Source of the DNA: Phyllobates terribilis
Lineage: Eukaryota
Reading direction: 5' to 3'
Assembly (NCBI RefSeq): GCF_046119375.1
Contig: NW_027362764.1
Coordinates: 64,666,001 to 64,730,000, forward strand
Length of the DNA stretch: 64,000 bases
This document shows, one piece after another, positions 23,303-34,200 of this stretch (position 1 is the stretch's first letter; each line of letters opens with the position of its first letter). Below the pieces are notes generated by a model. The model saw nothing but the letters and a program-made list of their open reading frames with translations, searched no databases and had not been told where the DNA came from. The position numbers and the translations under genes were made by a program.

Positions 23303-23494
23303 GGCCACGGCCCCACTATCAGTATTTGGTCAGTATTTTTTCTCAGGAGTGGGAGCCAAAACCAGGAGTGGGTGATAAATGCAGAATTGGTGACTTGTTT
23401 CTATTATACCTTTTCTCTGATTGTTTCTCACCTGGTTTTGGCTCCCACTCCTGAGAAAAAATACTGACCAAATACTGATAGTGTGGCCGTGGCC
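23303..23494. mobile_element. Small MITE with near-perfect TIRs of about 60 bp
   Basis: ggccacggcc..actatcagtatttggtcagtattttttctcaggagtgggagccaaaaccagg with its reverse complement at the right end. Confidence 0.8.
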
Positions 23495-24439
23495 TTAGAC
23501 TCTGAAACGCTGCGGTGTGTCAGAGAAAAACATACTTTAAAAGCCGCCAGAAACTGGAAACTTGATGGACAAGTGGGTCCCTAGTGACTTCTGTCCACCA
23601 ACATTGGTGTTGGTGGAGAGCTAATAAGCCATTATACCTGAGTTGTAAGGTATCAGAACTACAAGATAATTATTTAGTTTCTCCTACTGAGAACAATCAG
23701 TCTTTTCCAACTGGCTAACATGATGCCAAAACCTTTTCTTCTTTTCACATATTTCCCCGATGACGGCAGACTATTGCTGGATTCTTATGCGGGATTGTCC
23801 TGGCAGATCCCACTCTCGGAAGGTCTTACAAACTTTGCAGTCAGTCAACACACAAGAATATGTGCCTTTAGTATGAAATAAGTTAATTTTCATGTAATAC
23901 ATTTTTCTTTACATTTTTTTTAATATGTTTTCTTCACGATAAAAATATATTAATTTAAATACTACATTAAAATATCCTGGTTTTTTTTAGGTTTTTTTTT
24001 TTATGGGCGAGTAGAGTGAAGAGTTGTATATGGCACATGTGCTGTATCTCAAAAACTAGTGATAATGGGGCAAATAGGTGCCAATTTTGGAATCATCAGG
24101 TTAAATATTAACAGAAACAGGTCTAACATTTGAGGCACCAAAATGTGGGTTGACCAGTGATCAATCTGGATCCCACTACCATGTCGATTTTGCCCTCCCC
24201 ACTTTGGGTTAGGCCCCTTTCACACTGCGTTCTTCCCCACGTTCAGTGGTCCCAACGGGGCATTGGTGTAACTAGAGTCCAATGGGCCCTGGGGCAAAAT
24301 TTGGACCTGGTCCCCCCATATGATGGTCAGATGTACGGGCCCTTGTAACGTTTTAAATCCTATAAAGACATACGTGTTTGCCTCCCCCCCCCCACCCTTC
24401 ATTATGTAGTAGTGACCCCATCTTGAACTAATGTACAAC

Positions 24440-24668
24440 ATCCTGGGCCCCTTCCTGGTATATATTCCCCCATCCTGGGCCCCTTCCTGGTATATATGTC
24501 CCCCATCCTGGACTTATTCCTGGTATATATGTTCCCAGTCCTGGTCCCCTTCCTGGTATATATGTCCGCCTTCTTGGTCTATATGTCCCCCACCCTGTTA
24601 TGTATGTCCCCCATCCTGGTATATATGTTCCCCAATCCTGGTCCCCTTCCTGGTATATATGTCCCCTG
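24440..24668. repeat. Degenerate minisatellite (ccccatcctgg...ttcctggtatatatgt) inside a non-autonomous DNA element
   Basis: About 7 imperfect units. Confidence 0.75.
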
Positions 24669-25986
24669 TTCTACCTCTGCATAAAAACCACCAAAACATT
24701 CTACTCACCTTCCTCCGGTTCCTTGACATGCGACGTCCTCTTCTGTAGCCGGCGCAGAGAGCAGCAGATGACATCGGTGTGCCTACTATGGCGACATATG
24801 ATGTCACTGTCATGCGACGCAAATGCCAGGCGCTCCGATGTGAGCTGCTGGCTTCTGATTGGCCGGTGGCGTGTACTGCAGCGCAGGAAGCCAGAGGGTC
24901 TCTGTACTGCAATACACTTCAGCTGGACGTGCGTCTGAGGAAGCACATCTAGCTGAAGTTGGCTCTGGCAGGCCCCCCTCCACCTCCGGGCCAGGTCACA
25001 GTTGCACCATCTGCGACTGCAATTGTTACGCTCCTGCATTAGGGCTTATGTCTGAATCCCCTGCAAACCAAGTTTCGGGCACATGCGTCGGCGGGTCCAT
25101 TGACTATAATGGTGCAGAAGGAGTCACCATGTGCTCTGTCTTGCATTAATTTCTGGAGTATACAACTACTGGAGGCGGACACCCAGATGTAGTAGACTGG
25201 GCCTGAGTGTCCCCCTCCAGTAGGCGTATACGCCAGAAGATGATGAACAACAGAGCACACAGTGACTCCATCGGCATCAATATAGTCAATCCCGGTTTGT
25301 GGGAGTTCAGACATTAGTCCAAACAGGATGACTGAACATGGCGAAGAACGCAGTGTGAAAACACCCTTAGCCCTGTCTCCATGCTTCTATGACACCCTGC
25401 CATGACCCACCGGGTGCTGTATAGGAGAGTGCTGGAAAGGAAGGTGACGCGCCATTGGAGTCTACTACAATTGTGGCAGCGCTTGGCCGTAGGGGTTAAT
25501 TAAGAAGCCTTTGGCCTTTTCTTTGGCCTAGCCTCCCCAGACTCGTACCCGTACGGACAGTCCGGCCCACGGACCCGCTTTGCAAACTCCTCAAGGGCTA
25601 AGAATGGGGCAGGCGAGGGAGGAGCGTCTGTCGGTGACAGTCCTGATGGTGTCCAAATAATGGAAAAGCACCAAAAATGCTCATAGCCCCATAGACTTTA
25701 ATGGATACAGGTTGTGTGAAAAATGGGCTTCTCGATGGGGACTAATGCAGGTGACCAGGGTGTCATTGTCAGCAGAAAGTCGGAACCAGCTGGACTGGAT
25801 CACAATATGACGGCGTTGACCTAAATTTTGAGGTACACAGCCATTTTTGACCCCGTGACCTGTGTTGTGTGACCCCAGCCCAAATGCAGTAAATAATTAC
25901 AACTGTAAATCATATAAACATGTCGGTGCCAGTAAATATCCACACTCTTCTGTGCACTGCATGGCACAATTTTCGAATTATTAGGA

Positions 25987-25989
<3 letters not shown>

Positions 25990-26030
<41 letters not shown>

Positions 26031-26235
26031 TTCTCCTCACATCTACACGTGTGGAATCTGCCGCATGACGTCACGGAGCTACATTTACTTAGCCTGAGGA
26101 GGGGGCGGAGCCTCGGGAGAGAGGCGGGAAATCTAATCCCAGAGTCACCGGGAAACATCAGAACTGGCGCAGCCGCGGCCGGAGCCCACCGGGAAACCGG
26201 AGAGCCGCCCGGGGGTGGTGCAGAGCGGGCGCCTG
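25990..26235. promoter_or_regulatory. Putative SLC25A40/DBF4 bidirectional promoter, CpG-rich, including probable non-coding DBF4 exon 1 (donor gtgagt at 26236)
   Basis: GC/CpG-rich stretch between divergent genes. E-box CACGTG 26046-26051, CRE TGACGTCA 26066-26073, GC box GGGGCGGAG 26102-26110, E2F-type GGCGGGAAA 26123-26131, and (TAT)13 at 25991-26030. Confidence 0.7.
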
Positions 26236-26589
26236 GTGAGTGCTGAGGACTGAGAATGGCTGGGGGGTGAGCAGGAGCTTTTAAAGGGGCCTCCTGTAGT
26301 TTACACTTCTAAGTGTCTGCTGGGAGTTGTAGTTGCTCCTCAGCCTGTGCGATAACTGCTAGTTTCCTGCGCCTCTCAGTGTCTGCAGCTGCTGGCTGTC
26401 AGTGAATGGGAACCTCCTGGTTGTGTGGTGGCAGCTCCTTCCGGGGTCTTGTATCGATCTGTGGGCAGAGACCCTGCAGTCACTAATTTATCTGTAGCCC
26501 ACAATGTTATATATATGGAGGAAATCATCCAGCCCTTGTGTAAAGCTGTTACAGTGTCGGTCATTAATGGTGGTCGGCATTCCACAGTC

Positions 26590-27520
26590 TGACTGTAAAG
26601 AACCCTTTCCTGTTTAGGTGCAGGAATCACCTTTCTTCCACCCGTAATGAGTGCCCCCTGGTCCTTAGCATGGTCTTTGGAAGGAATAAGTCATGCACCG
26701 TCCTTTGTACTGACCACACATATATTTATACATGTAAATGAGATCTCCTATGAGACTTCTTTTTTTCTAAGCTAAACAATCTCAACTTTTCCAACCTCTC
26801 ATCATAGGAGGGGCCTCCATCCCTTGTAATAATGTAGTGGAACTGACTCAACTTCTGAAGATCCTTTTTAAAACTGGATCCCATATTCTAGATGTGCCCT
26901 CATCAGTGATTTATAAAGGGGTAGCAATACGTTGGGATCCCAGGATTTTATTTCTCTTTTTATACCTCCTAAAATCTTATTTGCTTTCGCAGCTGCTGCC
27001 TGACATTGAGTACTGCTGCTCAGCTAACTTGTAACCAGAATACCCAAGTCCTTCTCCTGTTCTGTAGTCCCGAGTATACTCCCATTTAATGTGTATGTAG
27101 CAATAGGATTACTCCGTCCTATGTGCATTACTCTACATTTATCTACATTAAACCTCATTTGCCAAGTGTTAGCCCATTCAGTCTCTTATCCAGATCGTTC
27201 TGCTATATCGTAATGTCAAGACCAGATTTTAATGTCCTACCTAGTTTGTCGTCAGTAAAAACCGACACTTTACTCTCAATCCCATCCCCAAGATCATTAA
27301 TAAAGAGGTTAAAAAGCATCGCTCCCGTGGCAGATCCCTGCGGCAGGCCCCCCATATCCCATTTAGAGAACGTACCATTTACCACAACTTTGTTTCCTGT
27401 CTTTTGCCAATTCCTTACCCATCTGTATGTAGTTTCCCCCGCCCCATCTTCAGTATAAGGCTGCTATATGGTACAGTATCAAATGTCTTTGCAAAGTCCA
27501 GATAAATCACATCAGCTGCA
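26590..27520 (-). mobile_element. CR1-type LINE 3' remnant in DBF4 intron 1
   Basis: ORF 27203-27385 GGLPQGSATGAMLFNLFINDLGDGIESKVSVFTDD matches the RT GVPQGS / FINDL / FADD motifs. Confidence 0.85.
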
Positions 27521-27660
27521 CATCAGGCGTGCAGCTAAAAAAAAAAGTGGTTGCTCCAAATGGAACGGTGACATTTTTTACAAATTTCTTCCAATTTTAT
27601 TTAAGAAAATTTAACAACTTTTGGTGCAAAAAGCAGAGCAAAGATGTGTTATCTAGCATT

Positions 27661-27787
27661 AAAGGGGTTCTCCGGTGCCTCTTACTTCTGATATGGGGAC
27701 GCTGACTTTGTAGCATCGATCATCTGCAGACAAACAGTCCTCAGCGCCTCTCATCTTTTTATTGGGAGGCGCTGGAGAGCCCCTTTT
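27661..27787. mobile_element. T2/Kolobok-type MITE
   Basis: TTAA-aggggttctcc ... ggagagcccctt-TTAA. Confidence 0.65.
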
Positions 27788-28206
27788 AAAGCTTGGTCCC
27801 CATAAGTTACCTTGTCAGGAGACTTTCCATTGGGACACCAGAAAAAAAAACGGTATTCAGACGTGACCCTGATGTCACTATTAACTGCAATGAGGCAAAC
27901 AATCCATAATCTGAACCTTTATACTTTGTGACCTCATTTTCGTCTTTTTAACCAGACACAATAGTGGAATTTCACATTTTTGCCTCATTGAGGACAGTGG
28001 CGCTAATTCATCACTTGTGTTTTTTTTTTTTTTTTTTTGGTTTGTGGACTTTGGGACGAATTTGCCAAATTGATGAATGTGGCACAAAGACTTTTAATTT
28101 TTTTTTTTTTTTATCATTTATGAGCAGAGGTTAGCATTGCTTGGCTTGTACTTTAATATTATGGTATAAAACTAACAAACCCACCTCCACCATTTCTGTT
28201 CTTCAG

Positions 28207-28270
28207 TTGCCACCACCTGCAATACCCAAAGCAAATGCCGTGAACCTGGGATCCAAGATGCAGAGAAGCA
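28207..28270 (+). CDS. DBF4: Predicted DBF4 start-codon exon (ATG at 28258, MQRS)
   Basis: ttctgttcttcag acceptor and gtgagt donor. The phase-1 end joins the 29484 exon in frame. ATG has A at -3. Confidence 0.6.
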
Positions 28271-31200
28271 GTGAGTATGTGCGGAGTGGTCTCATGCGTG
28301 CGGTATCCCATCCGATAGGCACATTTCACACTTTGCAGTGTTAGGGCTCTTGCACACTACTGATTATATCGGACGAGTCATATACTTGGTTTTCATGGTT
28401 AGGACTCGTACCCATGATATTCTGTGAGGCTGTGCACAGCTGATTCTTTATTTATTTTCCTTGGACCATGTAAGTCTATGGGTCCGTGAAAAACATCGGA
28501 CCGCACTTGGATGACATCCGATTTCCACAGACTGACAGAATGGAGAAGGTGGAGAATTTTTTTTTCTTTGAACCTCTAATAAAAATTGATGCCAAAATTA
28601 ATCTGACTTTTTTCTCGACTGGATAGAAAACGGTCGGGTGAACCTGTCTGTATTATCGGAATAAGATCACCGCTGCAAAAAGCTTTATATCCATCACTAG
28701 CATGGAGCCCACAACTTCATCATAGGCTTCAATTAAAAAATATTTGATGGACGTTTTAGAGTTAAACAAAAAGATTCTCAGGACCCTGGTCCAACGACAA
28801 CGTTAGTAGCCCATGGCTGCTGGATCGGAGCCCTGCAAACCTACCTACCAGCATCCCCGGTGCTTCGTGATCAGTACGGATGGTGTGACAGCTCACTAAT
28901 CAGAAGAGGAGGCAGAGATGCCGGGAGTAGAATAGCCGTGGACTAGACACTTGGCTGCTGTCCAAGGTCCTGCAAATCTTTTTGTTAAACTTTTTTATTG
29001 GAAGGATTTTCAAGGTACCATTTACCTAAAAAGTAGGAGGAGGCAGGGAGGGATAAGAGTGCGGCAAACTTTTCCTGGCAGCTATATATTTTATGGTTTG
29101 AAATCCGCACTAAATCTCTATATGAAGTCATGAGAAGCGGTGCTTTCAAGGAATATTTTGTGATTTTTTTTTTTTTTATTTATTTTTTTTTAAAATTTTA
29201 GTCAAGAATTGGAAATAGATCGAATACAAAATAACAAACAGACAATACTTTTATGATTGGTGACGACTGGGGTTGTAGTGGTCATGTTGACCCTAAGCAG
29301 AGACCCTGGGGTAATTGATGTAGCACTGCTCTTGTGCTGTGTCTGATATTACAACTCAGTACTATTCACTTGAATGGAGCAAAACTGGGCAAGAGTTGTG
29401 CTGTTTCTGGTGGGGATGCTCCCCGGGGTGAGACCTTTTTATTTTCCCTTGAATTAAGGATGATTCTTTGATACCCTGCACAGAGGGTGGAACACAAGGG
29501 AGAGGAGTGAAGATGAAACCCGGCCAGCTGATGGCAAAAAAACTTCCAGACAAAGGACCGAAACAGAAGCCTTTTACCGGTAGAGTGTTTTACTTGGACA
29601 TCGCCTCAAGACTGGTAGCCGAAAAACTGGAAAAAGACATCAAGGAGCTTGGAGGGGTAAGTGTGCTCACCGTCATATTATCTGTCTCCACATATGGAAA
29701 TAATGGTCACGAGACCAAATAACCACATTGTGTGTTTGGTCATTTGGACATCGCAGAGGGGCGAAGGATGTTCCCTCCTCTGATCAGTCAAGTGTAGAGC
29801 GACCCAACGCCCAGTGTGCTCATGTGTTAAATGTTCGGTTATGTATATGGTCAGCTTTAGGTTGTGCTGACACCGAAGCTAAATGTGCCTTCTGTTTTTC
29901 TCCCATCTGGTTTAGACTGTCGAAGGATTTCTTAGTAAAGAAATAAGTTGTCTCATCACCAGTAAAAAGGAAGCAAAGTGTGCAAAGTCGCTGAAATACC
30001 AGTGTTCAATACCAAGTCCTGAACCGGCGTCAGGAAGCAGCTCTGCTAGACCCAGCGGCCATAGAGGGGACTGCCAGGATGGGGGCTCTAGTAAGAAGCC
30101 AGGAAAGGTAAGATGCTCTGCAGTTTGTGCCACAGGCTAAAAAAAGTCCGGCACAACTTAGTTCAGCATGGATACAAAGTCTTATCTGGAATAAGGCAAT
30201 TTAGGGAAAGTGCCCATGGGTCCAGGACAAAGGGGAGCGAGAAATAAACGCTGCTTCTAATGGATGAGACTAAACAAATCTGTGTATATGTGGGCAGCAC
30301 GGTGGCTCAGTGGTTAGCACTGCAGCTTTGCTGCACTGGGGTCTTGGGTTCAAATCCCACCAAGGACAACATCTGCAAGGAGTTTGTATGTTCTCCCTGT
30401 GTTTGTGTGGCTTTCCTCCGGGTTCTCCTGTTTTCTCCCACACTCCAAATACACACTGATAGGGAATCTAGATTGTGAGCCCCAATGGGGAAAGTGCCTA
30501 TAAGGTCTGTAAACTGTCTGAATTGTAAAGCGCTGTGGAATATGTTGGTGCTATATAAATAAAAAGATTATTATTATATGTGCACATCTCTGACTGATCA
30601 GAAAAGCCCCGAGTCGTCATTTGCAATTTTAAATTTTTTAAAAAAAAATTTTTTTTAAATCCCTTTCTTTTTTCTGTCTTGTGGTTTTTGGTGCCAAGTT
30701 AATCACCATAATGCACACGATTCATGAATTTAGAGAAAAGTGTTAAAAAAGGGCTTCCTTCCCGTCTTGTACTGTTTTCGCAACTTTTTACTCCAAAAAC
30801 GGCACACTGTCGGCTCTTGTTTTTCTGGTGAAGTGATTTCTATGGATGTGTTGATGTATGTGCACTGGGAGCTTTCATGGTGTATAAGCCAATCAGATAT
30901 TGCAGCCTTTAAGGGCTCATTCAGACGTCCATTTTTTTTTATTTTTTTTTCACAAACGAGAAAAGAACAGTCCTAGTTTCATTGATGGGTTTGTTCAGAT
31001 TTTTTTTCCTAGCTTAGTCCAAGTTTCATTATCTCGGATCAGAAAAAAGAAAGTTTTTTTGTTTTTTTGCTTTCAGTATAGCAGTCTGTGAAAAGCGGAT
31101 GGCATCGGAGTGCTGTCTGATTACCCCCACCCACGCCCCCATAGACTTGCATTTCCGATTTTGATCAGACACTCTGATTACGATCAGACATGTCCTGATT

Positions 31201-34200
31201 TTTTGCAGACCTATCGGTCCACAAAAAAAAAAATGCACATATGACTGAGCCATTATACTACTATACTCAGACCATGAGGTAAGCCAGTGTCTGAGTAAGG
31301 GAGCACTTTTCTGCACTTTGTGAATTTTATGCAAACACTGCACAGGACTTTCATATGGGTGCAGTATTACGTAAGCACTGTATAGCACTAATATTTCAGT
31401 TTTGTTTCATGACCAACTTCTGTTGTAGATTTGGGGGCACCTTGAGATTATATTATTGAGGAAAAGTACGTATTTGGGTACCTGATGGCTAAAGATCGTG
31501 CTCTGTTTCGCATGCTTTTGTGCTGTGCAGTACTACAAGGGTATAATATATTCCAATGTGGCAGATTGTTGCAGACATTTCTGCACACAGTCCACTTCAT
31601 GGGGCCTGCAGAAGGCTATGGGTCCGATTCATCAAAGCTTTTGCCCCAGAATTCTGGCGTCAAATCTTTGAAAAGTTGCAAATACTTGGCGCAGTGTCTA
31701 ACAGCACAGGTGCAAAAAGCAGATGAAATAATGAACATGGACCATCCACCAGGGGGCGGTAGATTAGTATAACAAATACACATCTTGCAGTCAGACAGCA
31801 TTACCAGTCTTCATTCTCTGCACCTCCTTCACCAAATGGCATAAAAATCCATCGAGACGCCATATTTACCCCGAAACGGCACGAACCTAAACATCAGCTT
31901 GCCATGCAAGAAAAAAAGAAAAAGCCCTCACACGGGTCAGTTTTTTAAAAAGTTATTCTTCTCAGAAAATGGCGACATAAACTCATATTTGTATTTAGTT
32001 TTTATTTTTTTTTAGTAAGAGTTCTGAGTTTTGTTTAGCCGTTAAAGTTGAAGATAAAATGTTTTTGTTGTTGCTGAAATCGTACTGACCTGGTCATCTG
32101 CACACTGGGTGCCATAAAAACAAATCACAATCGTGTTGGCATTTCTTTGTTTCATGTGTTGTTGACAAATGTACAATTGTGCAGATAATACCGGATTCTC
32201 CCGGAGGTGATACATTGCTCATTACTGGTCTTATTTCTAATGGCTTTCTCTTTGCAGGAAGATGTGAGCAGAGGGAAGTCATTACTGAAAAAAGTGATAA
32301 AAGAGCAGGTGAGTCAGTAACTACTATTTATTAATCCATGATAAAATGCAAAAGTTTATCACTTATAATTTACTCTCAAGAACGTCCAAACTATATCATT
32401 TAGCGCTTCAGAATTATAATATTAATACACCATACTCATTGGGTACTAAACCCCACTGAGTTTAAGAAGTGACACACATGTGTTTCCATAAAATCTACAC
32501 TTTATTATTGAATTTAAAAACAATAATAAAATAGAAAGGAAACTAAAATATGCACTGGGGCCCAATCATTAATGCACTCTTTGTAATTAACACCCGACAC
32601 AATGGTTAAATGCTCTAAAAGAGAGGATCCTCTCATTAATGGCCAAGTTCCACAGTGATGGGAAAATTACTATTATTGACATAAATGTACATATGTATAT
32701 ATTAAGTCATAAAGACAGATTTGCTCCTCCGTGCAGCCCCACGGGGAGCAAATCTATACAAGCATCTATATGATGGGTAAATAGCACTCTTGACCTTGGT
32801 TTGATGTCTAAAACAATTTGTATTTATATCGGTGCGCAGTTACCTTTATCATAATGTTATGAGGATCCAACAGATTTAACATACACAGAGAGGAATTTCC
32901 TCCGGAATAGACGTGGGATACAGATCTTTACTTTATGCACTTTGAAAAATGGTGGTAATAGTAATGTGATTCTTTTTTAAATAGGGAGAATCTTCCTCTT
33001 AAATAGATATAGTTTACACTGTATATAATCGGAGAAGTGATGATCGTAGTAATTATTTATCTCCTTGATTATGAATGTGCATAGTGATCTTTCAATGTAG
33101 AAGGATAATTTCTACCCTATATAATTTATTGTAAACCCACTTATTTACCTAAATTTTTGCACAGTTTTCGTTGATATGGAGATTTATGTATTTATAATTG
33201 TCATCTGGTGATTTGTATACTGTTTTATGACTTAATATATATATAATGTATACTGTTTTATGACTTAATATATACATATGTAAATTTATGTCAATAATCG
33301 TGATTTTCCCATCACTGTGGAACTTGGCCATTAATGAGAGGATCCTCTCTTTTAGAGCATTTAACCATTGTGTCGGGTGTTAATTACAAAGAGTGCATTA
33401 ACGATTGGGCCCCAGTGCATATGTTAGTTTCCTTTCTATTTTATTATTGTTTTTAAATTCAATAATAAAGTGTATATTTTATGGAAACATGTGTGTCACT
33501 TCTTAAACTCAGTGGGGTTTAGTACCCAATGAGTGTGGTGTATTAAAAGTTTATCACTGTATTGTATCACTCCAATGGCTGAAGGTTTGTTTTCAAGAAT
33601 TGCCAATATTCTAATAGGGTTTTATCTTATTAACAGGAAATCCTTTCAAAAAACAGCATATTGGCCAACGCACTGAACTGGGGCGTCCGAATATTACACC
33701 TGGATGGTAAGGAAGATGCAGAAACTTTCCTCCTGCTAAGGAGGCCGTACACAGCTCTCGCCCCACTCATACTTGGTCTCGGACGTGTGCTCTTAATGGG
33801 ATGAGTGGAATAAGCTGCCGCCAGAAGCCTCTTCCCTGAGAGCAAAAAGGATTGGGTGTTTACACTTAAAACGCCAGATCTTTCTCTCCCTCCAACGTGA
33901 TCTGTGGGGTTGAGAGTAGGAACTTCCCACAGGCATTGGATGATCACCCGGTGCCCACCCAAATTAGGAGGTTCTGCCGACTTTACCCCCAATTTCCATG
34001 AGGACCTTTAAGAGTGTGTGTTTTCTGTTTTGTTTTTTTTGGGCAAAATGTTTGGTCAGTTTGTGCTGCCTTTAAGGAAAATTAGGAGGGGCGTCACAAG
34101 GAATAGGACATACGGTATATGGAAAAGGAAAAGCACTTCTTCCTGCCAAATTCACTTCTGGCTTTGGCTAAAGGGGGAAAAAGAGCATGCTGTGTAATGG

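Noticed and set aside
25920-26246. 108-aa ORF across the promoter, in frame with DBF4 exon 29484
   Set aside because: It starts upstream of the likely TSS and passes through (ATT)n as poly-Ile. There is no ATG within the plausible exon 1.
30292-30365. tRNA-like A and B boxes
   Set aside because: This is the head of a V-SINE, followed by the V-domain and LINE-like tail; no complete cloverleaf.
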